Below, piece by piece: positions 13,903-25,408 of a stretch of DNA of 64,000 nt. Under the pieces are notes generated by a model. The model did not search any database. It saw nothing but the letters and a program-made list of their open reading frames with translations, and was not told the DNA's origin. The stretch is taken from assembly GCF_006345805.1 (NCBI RefSeq), contig NC_043003.1:47120001-47184000 (forward strand), written 5' to 3'. A program made the position numbers and the translations under genes. How positions within the stretch are numbered: position 1 is the stretch's first letter; each line of letters opens with the position of its first letter. Origin of the DNA: Octopus sinensis. Taxonomy: Eukaryota.

Positions 13903-13918
13903 TATATTGTAGATGCTA

Positions 13919-14293
13919 AGGCGTCGAGCTGGCAGAATTGTTAGCACGCGGGACGAAATGCTTAGCGGTATTTCGTCCGTCGCTATGTTCTGAGTTCAAA
14001 TTCCGCCGAACTCGACTTTGCCTTTCATCCTTTTGGGGTCGATAAAAAAAGTACCAGTTGAACGATTTAACCGACTTATCCTCACCTACCCCAAGCTGCC
14101 CTTGTGGTAAAAATTTGAAATAGGCGTAGGAGTGGCTGCGTGGTAAGTAGCTTGCTTACCAACCACATGGTTCCAGGTTCAGTCCCACTGCGTGGCACCT
14201 TCGGTATGTGTCTTCTACTATAGTCTCGGGCTGATCAAAGCCTTGTGAGTGGGTTTGGTAGACGAAAACTGAAAGAAGCTCGTAGTATATATG

Positions 14294-14358
<65 letters not shown>

Positions 14359-14831
14359 ATATATATATTATATAATATATAATACAAATAAGAAAATAGA
14401 GAAATAAATCTAAATCAAATATCAATTACCAATAATACTCATCCACATACTTTATTAAACCACCACATAAGAGACTGTAGGGTTCACTCTTTTATGTACA
14501 CTTTTTTATGTACATTCCTTTATGTACACTGATTTGTTCTGCTTTTTTATGTTTAACCCTACAATCTCTTATGTGGTGGTTTAATAAAGTATGTGATTGA
14601 GATTATCTGGTAATTGATATTTGATTTTAGATGTTATTTCTCCATTTTCTTATCTTGTATTAGTAATTTGTGGTAAATCATTTTACCTTCGCCCATATAA
14701 TACAGTAAATGAATTGATTGCATCGCAATCCTTAACATTTATGTATTAACTTTATTGGGTACTTCACTAGCAGTATATTGGATATATGTTATCCCATGGA
14801 GGGTTGCATTTACAACCCCTATCACAATTTG

Positions 14832-14876
<45 letters not shown>

Positions 14877-15068
14877 TTGTGTGTTTGTGTTTGTCCCCCC
14901 AACATCGCTTGACAACCGATGCTGGTGTGTTTACGTCCCCGTAACGGCAAAAGAAGACCGATTGAATAAGTACTAGGCTTACAAAGAATAAGTCCTGGGG
15001 TCGATTTGCTCGACTAAAGGTGGTGCTCCAGCATGGCCACAGTCACATGAATGAAACAAGTAAAAGAG
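13919..15068 (+). mobile_element. Type A SINE + type B SINE bracketed by one 14-bp direct repeat; type B interrupted by a foldback element
   Basis: TATTGTAGATGCTA at 13905-13918 and 15069-15082. Type A head at 13919; type B head TAGGCGTAGGAGTGGCTGCGTGG at ~14121; type B tail GAAACAAGTAAAAGAG ends at 15068. Confidence 0.8.
14381..14661. repeat. Foldback / MITE-like long inverted repeat
   Basis: Arms 14381-14484 and 14555-14661 are reverse complements (e.g. CATACTTTATTAAACCACCACATAAGAGA vs TCTCTTATGTGGTGGTTTAATAAAGTATG). The spacer holds TTTATGTACA repeats. Confidence 0.9.
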
Positions 15069-16096
15069 TATTGTAGATGCTAGTTTTTACACTGCCCTAA
15101 ATTTAATAACACCGTCACGAACATCACTTGATCTTAGCTGTCTTTAACGGTCATCACTATGTTTCAACAGGTTCACTGTGTAGTGATCCTCGCCCTTTTC
15201 TGTTTCGCGCGTGCGGAGTTGGTGCTTTCACCACCGGAAGAAGGAATTTGCTGACGTGGCAGTTTAGCCGAGAGGCAGGGGAGCGTGAACCTTAAAAGGG
15301 TCCGGAGAGATATAGCAGCAGCAGGCAGTGACTTGAGACACGGCGACTGAAGGCACCGGACGTGTAATTCTCTCTCTGTCCGGACTTGATATAGCAGCAG
15401 TCGGCAGAAGACTTTTAACCAGGATTTGTGGCAGACCACATTATCTTCTCTCCCTATTCGGACGCCATCTTGACCAGTGTTGTTTGCATTTGAACATTGT
15501 AAAATCTTACAAGCGATAAAGTTCAGCTCTGACACATCCATGCCAAGCGGAACCAGATATACCACTTATTTGTTACTGTCATCTCTTATTATAAAAGGCA
15601 GATTTTATCTGCCTCCGTTTGGGAGTTATACAAATTACAATATAGGATTTCTTCAATTACAATTTACCTAGCATTTTTGAGAGTACAATGCATCGCGTCA
15701 TGCCAGGTCCAGTTTTTAAATTTAAACCAATTAAGCAAAATTTACAGGAAAACTCACATTCTGGTGTGTGTGTCAAATGCTTTTCTTAGTCTGGTTTACA
15801 CCACACGCAAACGCACACACATAGTGGGCAACGAATAAAATGAAAGTACTACGTAGTGAGTGATTCTTTCACTCTGCCTCCCACTTCCTCTTTCCACACA
15901 TAGACACGCAAATATATAAATAAAATTGTAAGCTAACGTGAGTGTGTGTGAGTGTGTGTGTGTGTGTGGCGTGTGTGTGTGTTGTGTGAGGGGTGCGTGT
16001 GTGTTGTGTGTGTGTGTGTTGTGTGTGTTGCGGTGCGTGAGTGTGTGACAGGAAAGTTTTTTACGACGAATATAAGACTTATATCCAAGTAGCAGA

Positions 16097-16360
16097 AAGA
16101 TAAGACAGTAAGGTGTGATTGAGGGAGATTTGGCTGCTATTCTACCATGTCTAGCTGCCATGTAGGGTTCTCCCTCATAGGCTCATACATACATATATAC
16201 ATAGATAAGACAGTAAGGTGTGATTTGGGGGAAATTGGCTGCTATTTCTACAAGGTCTAGCTACATGTAGAGGTCCCCCTCATTGGTTCATATATATATA
16301 CATACATAAGACAGTATGGTGTGATTTGAGGGAGATTGGCTGCTGTTTCTACCAGGTCTG
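16097..16360 (+). repeat. Tandem array of ~105-bp units (about 2.5 copies)
   Basis: ATAAGACAGTAAGGTGTGATT..GGGAGATTTGGCTGCTATT units start near 16097, 16203 and 16305. Confidence 0.85.
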
Positions 16361-16730
16361 TTAGGCCTTCTCATGTAAACTCAAGCTTTCTCATGCCTTG
16401 AACATAAGACAAAGCAGAGAATGTATTCTTTTATTCTTCTGCTTTTCCAGCCATTGGTCTGTGGCCATGCTGGGGCAATGCCTTGAAGAATTGTAGTTTA
16501 ATGAATCAACTCAGTTTTATTTTTGTAAGCATTGTACTTATTCTATCTGTTTCCTTTGTCAAACCACTAGGTGACAGGGATGTAAACAAACCAACATTCG
16601 TTGTCAAGCAGTGGTGGAGGACAATCACAAGCACAGACACGCACACACAAACACATACATGCATACACATATACACACACATACATACATACATAATACA
16701 TACATATATATATATGTGTGTATATATATA

Positions 16731-16989
16731 TTGCAGCGTGGAAGGGTTTGTAAGCCATTTAAGAAACACAAAAAACCGTTACATTCACTTCAACATTCAA
16801 ATTTAATTTGCCAAAAATTTTCGTCGCTTTGAGACCGCGACCTGTTCACTGACAAAAATATCGTGCTAACAGGTCGCGGTCTCAAAGCGACGAAAATATT
16901 TTGACAAATTAAATTTAAATGTTGAAGTGAATCTAACGGTTTTTTTGTGTGTTTTCTTAAATGGCTTATAAACACCTTCAACGCTGCAA
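16731..16989. repeat. Near-perfect foldback hairpin (MITE-like)
   Basis: Arms 16731-16846 and 16868-16989 (TTGCAGCGT...GAGACCGCGACCTGTT / AACAGGTCGCGGTCTC...ACGCTGCAA), 21-nt loop. Confidence 0.93.
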
Positions 16990-17158
16990 CGTTTCGTTCC
17001 AGCACACGATCTCAGATCAAGTCACTTGCTATGCAAGTACATCTCTGTAACTATATATATATTTATATTATATATATATATATATATATGTATATTGGTA
17101 AAAACAGTAAGATAACAAAAGAAAGAAAAGAGACCTCAATATTATGTAATAGAGGAAA

Positions 17159-17547
17159 TCTTTATATATAAAAGTGAGGTTGTGTGTCTGTCTCCTACGA
17201 TTTAGATCCTAATACTCCCACATTTTGCGGTGCAGTTTAACCAAAACCGGGTATTATAGTCGTGATTCATATCGAGACCGTCTGGGTATTAGCGCGCGTC
17301 TACGATGAGTCTACGATTTAAAAAAAAATTTACCATTAATTTTTCCCATTTTTAATCCATTTTTGACATATATAAGGGAAGTAACTCTCTAAAATTTATT
17401 ATTAAATCTCAGAACGTAAAAGCTACAGTAACACCCCTCCCCTTTGTGGTTAGCCATATTGAGATGGCTATTATACTTTACATCTCTAAAAATGCTTATA
17501 TAATTATTTCCCTTACAAACCCGAGCAACGCCGGGCGATACTGCTAG
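17159..17547 (+). mobile_element. Short Helitron unit forming the 3' end of the composite
   Basis: A|TCTTTATATATAAAAG 5' end at 17159; same 3' hairpin and CTAG as the 372-bp Helitron at 50692-51063. Confidence 0.8.
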
Positions 17548-17688
17548 TAAGAGAATAAAGTATATATATTTTTTTTACGTCTGCGTTTTGTGTTTTCTGA
17601 CTGGTAGAATCTGGATATTAAAGCAACGGTAATTTGTATGCACCACATGCACTCTAAAAGTGCATGAAGCTACTCGTTCCCGTTACAC

Positions 17689-17706
17689 TGGTGACCCGAC
17701 GTGATT
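17689..17706 (+). promoter_or_regulatory. Primer-binding site complementary to the tRNA-Trp 3' end
   Basis: TGGTGACCCGACGTGATT, 1 nt after the LTR end; one C short of TGGTGACCCCGACGTGAT. tRNA-Trp priming is characteristic of CsRn1-clade Gypsy elements. Confidence 0.85.
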
Positions 17707-18899
17707 CTGGTCTTAAACCAGAGATCACTTAACAACAAAAAAAAAAATCCAGTTTTTTCTGCCTAGTCTGAACACGATCAACCTACGCATTCATCTTTCG
17801 ACGATTTGTTTCCGGTCCCCTCAGACAGTTATAAAAGGAGCCTTTCTTATTCTTCAGCAATAATGACGGACGCCATCATATCAACGATGCTTTTTCTCTG
17901 CCGTCGTCATCACCATCGTCGTTTTTCAACTTCACGTCGTCGCTATCTTCGTCGCCATCAACACTAAGCAACAATGTGTCTCAGGTCCACCACAGTCGCC
18001 TTCAACACCGTCGACCTCAACAATACGTAAATAGCAACTCGCGGAAGTTTAGCTTTCACGCTGTTCGTGTATACACACCAGAATTAACAGCACAGTCTAC
18101 CAGCGAGATCTTCTGTACCAATTTAACCTGTCACAGCATTGAAGCCACAACTGCTACACGACATGTGTTCAACCGGCATCTGCATTTGTGATCTCAACAT
18201 TCTGTTACAGAACGAACTGCTCTATTATTCAGGCTATTACGGACTGGTAAATTAACTCCATCGTTTCTGAAATACCCTGAGAGACTTTTTTCCTATGCGC
18301 TGTATTTATTTTGTCGCATTCGCCTTGTTGTATTTCTGTCGCACACACGTACACACACAAATGCTATCTCTGTCACATTCATACGTCACACATGCCTTTC
18401 TCGCTTGTTTTTCCATGCTCAATTTGCCTTTGTGGACACAACTCATTTCTGTAAGACCCTAGGTCGGTCACGTATACATAGAGAAAGTTGTTTGTCCATT
18501 ATAACGCGCCAGCATGTCACACTTTTGTTCTGCACGACCGAGGAATATATCGCTCAAGCACTGGCTGGCAGCCTCAGCCTTACTACATTAACCACTGGCA
18601 TATTCATTGCTGTGTTTCAGCCTAGCAAGCCCTATTGCATTCATGCACCTCTGTTCTTCGCGTGTACTGCCTTGTTTTGCAACACGTCTGCGTTCAGCTT
18701 AATTCTTTTCCCGACTCAAAGAACGTCGGATGTTCACATGCGCTGCGCCCATGTTTAGGCGTAATTTTTCCCTGTTAGACCCCTGTTGGTCACGTAATTA
18801 ACAGAGAAAACTATCTGTCTCGCGCATCACACCAGCATGCTTGCACTGTCACCTTGCTAACCTTACACTTTCAGCTGAAGCACTGTCTGCCTTTTGTGT

Positions 18900-19400
18900 T
18901 ACTAGCGATCTATCTGTCAGTTCCATTTTTTCTCCTGTGGCAATTGACTTAACTGCTATTTCGCAGGATCAACCACCTTTAGAGGAGTTGGATTTAACTT
19001 CGCCTAAGTTTATTAACTGTAAGTTTGCCTAGCTTCCGCTCCTTTCAGCGGAAGGCTCTATCTTTGTGACGTATCCACCGGTTCTCCTAGACCGTTAGTA
19101 CCTGAGAAACATCAACGTTCTGTGTTGATGCTCTTCATTCAATGTCACATCCAGGTATCTCTGCCACAGTCTTTTGGCCCAATATGCGACGATCGATTAC
19201 CTCTTAGGCACGCTCTTGTTTGAAGTGCCAGAGTGCTAAGGTCCATGGACACGTTCGTGCTCCACTTGGACAGTTTTCTTCTCCTGAAGCCCGTTTCGCC
19301 ATGTCCACCTCGATTTGGTTGGACCATGGCCTGTGATAATGGGTCTCATATATATTTAACTTTATCGATCATTTCTCACGTTGGCCGGAAGCTATTCTTA
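18900..19400 (+). pseudogene. Eroded Gypsy pol remnant (connection region, integrase zinc finger and start of core)
   Basis: Frame-hopping translation gives CDVSTGSPRPLVPEKH..DALHSMSHPGISAT..FWPNMRR..ARSCLKCQSAKVHGHVRAPLG..HVHLDLVGP..FIDHFSRWPEAI, collinear with the pol ORF at 28282-28911. Confidence 0.82.
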
Positions 19401-20331
19401 TTCACGCATGCACTTTGATTTTTGCTCATTTTGAGTATTTTTTCTTTTTTTCCTTTTGGTAAATTTCTTGTGTATATTGTAAATTCTGCCATTTTGTTAT
19501 ATTGTGTGCTATTTTGGTTATCTGGTGTCCACCTTGAGTTTTTAAAGTCACTACAAGGAATTTTGTGTCGTGCTTACGCACTGGGGCGGAGCTTTGTAGT
19601 GATCCTGTACAACGGTGTGCGCGCGCGCACCGCCCTTTTCTGTTTCGCGCGTGCGGAGTTGGTGCTTTCACCACCGGAAGAAGGAATTTGCTGACGTGGC
19701 AGTTTAGCCGAGAGGCAGGGGAGCGTGAACCTTAAAAGGGTCCGGAGAGAGAGAGATAGAGAGCAGCAGCAGCAGGCAGTGACTTGAGACACGGCGACTG
19801 AAGGCACCGGACGTGTAATTCTCTCTCTGTCCGGACTTGATATAGCAGCAGTCGGCAGAAGAAGATTTTAACCAGGATTTGTGGCAGACCACATTATCTT
19901 CTCTCCCTATTCGGACGCCATCTTGACCAGTGTTGTTTGCATTTGAACATTGTAAAATCTTACAAGCGATAAAGTTCAGCTCTGACACATCCATGCCAAG
20001 CGGAACCAGATATACCACTTATTTGTTACTGTCATAAGAGAATAAAGTATATATATTTTTTTACGTCTGCGTTTTGTGTTTTCTGACTGGTAGAATCTGG
20101 ATATTAAAGCAACGGTAATTTGTATGCACCACATGCACTCTAAAAGTGCATGAAGCTACTCGTTCCCGTTACAACTGTTTCCTCGTCGCTTACATTCACT
20201 TGCAAATGTTGAAAGTTGACATCAGTCTCGGAATTTGAACTCAGAACATAGCGACGGACGAAATACCGCTAAGCATTTCGTCCCGCGTGCTAACAATTCT
20301 GCCAGCTCGACGCCTTAGCATCTACAATATA

Positions 20332-20897
20332 TTAGGTTGTCCGGAAAGTTCGTGCCGATTTTTAAAGGAAAGAAAAAGGTCAATAAATACTTGCCGTTGC
20401 ATTTTTAATCAACCAAATATGAACCATTTTGTTGCCCAATGCGTCTCCATTTTTCCTTTAACTTGAAAATACCCTCTTCCCAGAACTGAGGTGGTTTCAT
20501 GGCAAAGAATTCATCGAAGTATCTTTTTACGTCATCCAAGGAATTGAATTTTTTACCTTTAAGACTATTCTGCAGAGACATGAATAAGTGGAAATCCGAA
20601 GGAGCAATATCTGGTGAATATGGAGGGTGGGGTAACACATCCCAGCCGAGTTGCAGCAATTTTTGTCTGGTTCCCAAAGCATCAAGTGCCGATAATGAAC
20701 TTTCTTATCTTCCATTTTAAAGGGTTACAGAATTAACACAGGTTATAGGAACATAAATCTTCTTCTACGAAAAGATAGCTTAAACTGTGCTCTAAATGGA
20801 GATGTAGTCAAATCCTATTTTATGGATTCAACCACGTTCTAAAATAAGTCGAAAGGTAAGCTACTATAAATCGGCACGAACTTTCTGGACAACCCAC
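20332..20897 (-). mobile_element. Second copy of the deleted mariner, part of an inverted duplication (20229-20905)
   Basis: Reverse complement of 13338-13902 with the same internal deletion; GWDVLPHPPYSPDIAPSDFHLF...WEEGIFKLKEKWRRIGQQNGSYLVD in ORF 20405-20677. Confidence 0.93.
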
Positions 20898-21391
20898 TAA
20901 TAACAATAAAAAAAATTATGGGTGTAAGCATGCGTGGTTATATGTATGGGCACAACTTCTTCAAGCCACACTGACTTACATAAAAACAATGTGCAGTCGT
21001 TGATGTTTTGTTGCTGTTTGTTGAGGTTGCCGTCACCGCCGTCGTCGTATTTTTAGCTTTAGGTCAGACTTGAGTGAGCAAACCTCAAAAACGCTTCAGT
21101 TACGATTGAAAACTTTCCAGCTGTCACGTTTTGTTCAGACAAGACATGACTTTTTTCCACCGTGTTTCTGTTTTTTTTTTTTTTTTTTTTTTTTAAGGCG
21201 GTCGAATGTTAAGAGACTTTGAGTAACTATTGAGGTGATCATGAGATGTGTTAAAAATAACAGCTAAATAGGCCTTAAATCAAACACAATTTTTTTTTTT
21301 TTTTGTTTTGTTTGGATTTTGCATAATCGTATGAATTCCCGTATGTAGAATACAAATTCGCAAAACTTTTTGAAAATTCAAAGTTATAATA

Positions 21392-21557
21392 TAGGCGTAG
21401 GAGTTGCTGTGTAGTAAGTAGCTTGCTTACCAACCACATGGTTCCGGGTTCAGTCCCATTGCGTGGCGCCTTGGGCAAGTGTCTTCTACTATAGCCTCGG
21501 GCCAACCAAAGCCTTGTGAGTGGATTTGGTAGACGGAAACTGAGAGAAGTCCGTCGT

Positions 21558-21605
<48 letters not shown>

Positions 21606-21795
21606 CTATGTTTGCGTGTCTGTTTGTCTCCCCCTCCCCCCGCCAACATCGCTTGACAACCGATGCTGGTGTATTTACGTTCCCGTAACTTAGCGGTTCG
21701 GCAAAAGAATAAGTCCAGAGGTCGATTTGTTCGACTAAAGGCGGTGCTCCAGCATGGCTACAATCAAATGACTGAAACAAGTAAAAGAGTAAAAG
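21392..21795 (+). mobile_element. tRNA-derived SINE, type B, full length
   Basis: A-box-like head, GGTTCAGTCCC B-box, internal (TA)(GT)n, tail GAAACAAGTAAAAGAGTAAAAGA. Confidence 0.88.
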
Positions 21796-22289
21796 ATTGT
21801 ATGGAATGCGTAAAGCAGAATCCCGCCAATATTTCATTTGTTTACGGTTGACAACATGCGCTGTCTGTGTAAAAATTATCAAACTTTAAACCACTGTAAC
21901 TCTTTTAAAAAAAGTTTCTGGAAAAAGTTAATTATTTCCTGAGATTCAGCTTGGAAAATTACATCAATACACCGAATTTTAAAATTTTCACTAAACTTTA
22001 AAATGTCCACAGGAGCAACCAAACAGAAAAGATCCGTTGCTTGGTCATCTACAGCTATCTCAAGCTCTACGGTATAGGTTTCCCACAGGCAGAGCTGACT
22101 ATAAAGAGATTATACAACGGCAACCTTAAACACTCACACTGTTTAACTAGATTTTAGTTATACTAGGCCAACGCAATGAAAGACTATCAACTGCGACCAC
22201 TGGCGTGAATCGCCAGCGAGTGGACAGCTTCTCAATCTGTAAGCTTGCTGCACATCTGAACTGAATCAAAGTGGATTATAAGATTATGA

Positions 22290-23030
22290 AAGGTGATAGA
22301 ATGCTTTGGACTTCAGAAAGTATATACAAAGTTGATACCTCGGTTGTTGACACCTGATTTAAAAGAGAGAGGGGTGGAAGTCTGCTCTTTTCTACTGGAA
22401 ACGTTTGAAGCCAATGGAGACACTTTTTTTTCTTATCTGAGAGGGATGAAATCTAACCGCTCTTTTAAGATCTGGAAAGGAAGGCTCCATCCTTGGAATG
22501 TCGTTCCATTTCTTCTCCAATGCCGAGGAAGTTCAAGAGCTAAGGATCCGCATATAATGTCAAAGTAGCTGTTTTGGGAGATGCCATGAGCATAATTCTC
22601 CTTATTTTCTGGAATGTGTCTAATGTGAACAGCGAGCGATACAATGAGACACTCGAGCAGCTTAGGGAATCCATTAGGAGGAAGAGACCGAACAAGAATT
22701 TGAAAACGATCCACACTGACCTTGACAGTGTGTATATCTTTGTTAACAAATCAAGAAATTGGCAAATTAACCAAATCAGTAGCTCCCTCATCTACTGTTG
22801 TTACAACCCGAATCTGGCGCCCTCTGACTTCCATTTGTTCGGTCCTATGAAGAGTACTTCGGGGACAGCGATTTGGTGACACAGATGAGGCGAAAGCAGC
22901 TCTGAAAAGGTAAGTAAAACTGTGCACACCTGAAATTTTAACAAAAAGAATTCTGGAGCTAGATCCGACGATTGTACAAATGCATCAGTCGTGATGGAAA
23001 GTATGTTGAGTAGTATAAAGGTGGTACTCA
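22290..23030 (+). pseudogene. Degenerate mariner transposase
   Basis: KVYTKLIPRLLT, VNSERYNETLEQLRESIRRKRP and NPNLAPSDFHLFGPMK in successive frames. TIRs not identified. Confidence 0.8.
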
Positions 23031-23376
23031 ACATAGAGGAAAAGTTTCTCTATCAACATTTGAACGACCTGTGGTAATAAAACTGTTATGCACGCTTCTT
23101 TCGAGTCAACCGTTGTGTGAGTTCAGATATGCATACAAACACACACACATACACGCGCCCGCACACAGCTTGTGCGTGTGTGCACTCGCGCGCGCGAGTT
23201 AGAAAAAGAGATTTAAACAAAGGAAAAGCAGGTGAAAGAGAGACACAGAGGGAATTCGACCAACCGAGTCAAATAGAAAGGGAAAGTATGAAGGGTAATA
23301 ATAAAAAAAAAAACAGAAAAAAACACAGACCGAAGGAATGAAAGAATGAAGAGAAAAACAAAGACGAAATGAGGAA

Positions 23377-23443
<67 letters not shown>

Positions 23444-23480
23444 GGAGGGAGGAGGGAAGGAAGGAAAGAAAGAAAGAAAA
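23377..23480. repeat. (GAAA)n / purine-rich microsatellite
   Basis: Direct reading. Confidence 0.95.
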
Positions 23481-23858
23481 GTGTGAGAGAAAGAAAGAAA
23501 AGCGTGAGAGAAGAATAAAATCAGAATAAAAGATAATGGATGTGAGAAAAGAAAATAAGGCAGACACAAAAAACAGAACTCGTACTTTTGCCAACATGAC
23601 AATACAACGACGTTGAAATCCGTGTGCTAGATACAGCAATCAATAATACTTTTGTTCTCTGGCAATTCCAGCTGGATAATTGACAACTACCAAGGTCATT
23701 TTGTATCAGTGAAGTGGTTTCATGGGGAAGTAAAAAAAAAAAAGAAGAAAAGAAGAATTACAAGAACTGAACACCCACCTTTCGAAAGTATATTTCCGCT
23801 AGCTTTTCCAGATGTACATTTTGAATAGTAAGAGTGACATCCGGGAGTTAGGACATGC

Positions 23859-23895
<37 letters not shown>

Positions 23896-24092
23896 ACCTC
23901 GTCTGTATCACTAGCGGTTTTTTATTTCCTCTGTCTTCCCTTCTCGGGACCTTTCCTTCTCCTATGTTTCCGACGAAGAGCTCCGCTCGAAACGTCAAAC
24001 CCTCCTTCTTCCCTTCTTTCCTGAGCGTCCAATAATACTTTATTTGTTCCACGTCCTTGCGTTGTTGTCTTTTTGTTTTCTTGTTTGGATTA

Positions 24093-24132
<40 letters not shown>

Positions 24133-24529
24133 GAGGGAATATTATTCCAAACTTACAGGGAAAAATTCAATTTAGAAATACTAAATCAAATTTCACAAAA
24201 TATATTTTTCATTATTGAATTGATAAAAGGTGTTTTTTTCTAAATTTATGTGTGTGTGTGTGTGTGTGTGTATCTGTTTGTATGTGTGTGTTTTCTTTAT
24301 TCACCACTAAGGGTTCATAAAAAATCACTGGGGACGGTACAGGACAATACAGTGTGGAGTCACATAAATCTAATCGTGTTAACAGTAAAAAGAAAAAAAC
24401 AATAATATAAATTTTAACAACGAAAATTTCCCAAAAGCGGGAGGCCTTTTTGACTGCTCGTGGAAACTCCACAAAACCGTCACGCTGACCACTAGGGCAA
24501 GTGTCCTCTCTACATTAACTTCCTTGAAC

Positions 24530-24790
24530 TTACAGACGCATGCTTGGAGTAAGCCCGTTTACTTGGATTATTATTGCCATATTCACCCACCTTTCAATAA
24601 AAATGTTGGGATGCAGCACCTCCCTCTCTGCCCTCTTCTTCCTTTCCAAAGAAAACTTGAAAATATTTATGAGGGCTTGACCAAAAAGGAAGGTATATGT
24701 TTTCGGCCCTTTCAATCTGGTCCACCAAACAACCTCTTTCGCTAAGGTCACCAGATAAAGAATGTGGCTGGACAATTTTTTCACAATAGA
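24530..24790 (-). mobile_element. Probable LINE (L1/Tx1-like) ORF2 3' fragment
   Basis: LVTLAKEVVWWTRLKG..GQALINIFKFSLERKKRAEREVL..FIERWVNMA resembles the C-terminus of such LINE ORF2 proteins; recognition from memory only. Confidence 0.45.
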
Positions 24791-24854
24791 CCTGGTTTGA
24801 CAATGAATTATTATATCAACAAATAACTTTTTTTTTATTGTTAGTTTCTAGAGG

Positions 24855-25350
24855 AAGGTGGCGAACTGATAGAATCGTTAGCACCCCGGACAAAATGTTA
24901 AACAGCATTTCATCCGTCTTTCATCCCATTCGGGAGTGGATGAAATAAGAACCAGTTGAGCAGTGAAGTCAATGTAATCGACTAACCACCTCCTGCGAAA
25001 TTTCTGGCCTTGTGCTTATAGTAGAAAGAATTATCAATAGGGGAAAGGCGACAAGCTGGCGGAATCGTTAGCATGCTGGATAACTGCTTAGCGGCATTTC
25101 GTCCGTCTTTATGTTCTTAGTTCAAATTCTGCAGAGGTCGACTTTACCTTTCATTCTATCAGAGTCGATAACATAAGTACCAATAGAGCACTGGGGTCAT
25201 TGTAATCGATTTGACCCTTCCCCCTAAAATTGCTGGCCTTGTGCCATCATTTGAAAACATTAATTTCAAGAGAAAGGCGACGAGTTGGCAAAATCGTGAG
25301 TCCGTCGGATAAAATACTTAACGGCCTTTCTTCCGGCTCTTTACGTTCTT
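24855..25350 (+). mobile_element. Three head-to-tail type A SINE copies
   Basis: AAGGTGGCGAACTG (~24855), AAAGGCGACAAGCTGG (~25045) and AAAGGCGACGAGTTGG (~25273) heads. Confidence 0.8.
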
Positions 25351-25353
25351 TGC

Positions 25354-25408
<55 letters not shown>

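Larger units (their letters stand above)
15582..17547 (+). mobile_element. Composite non-autonomous Helitron (1966 bp)
   Basis: Starts TCTCTTATTATAAAAGG, ends hairpin CCCGAGCAACGCCGGG (17520-17535) + CTAG. Inserted between A15581 and T17548 without TSD; removing it restores GTTACTGTCA|TAAGAGAATAAAG seen in the 3' LTR. Confidence 0.9.
15179..20173 (+). mobile_element. Complete non-autonomous Gypsy (CsRn1/Kabuki-like) LTR element with near-identical LTRs; 5' LTR split by a Helitron
   Basis: 5' LTR = 15179-15581 + 17548-17687; 3' LTR = 19595-20173 (TGTAGTGA...GTTACA). 4-bp TSD ACTG at 15175-15178 and 20174-20177. tRNA-Trp PBS at 17689. PPT GGGGCGGAG before 19595. Internal pol remnant. Confidence 0.93.

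Noticed and set aside
16097-16360. CRISPR-like array (also the 54519-54660 triplication)
   Set aside because: Eukaryotic context, units are whole tandem copies without unique spacers, and there are no cas genes.
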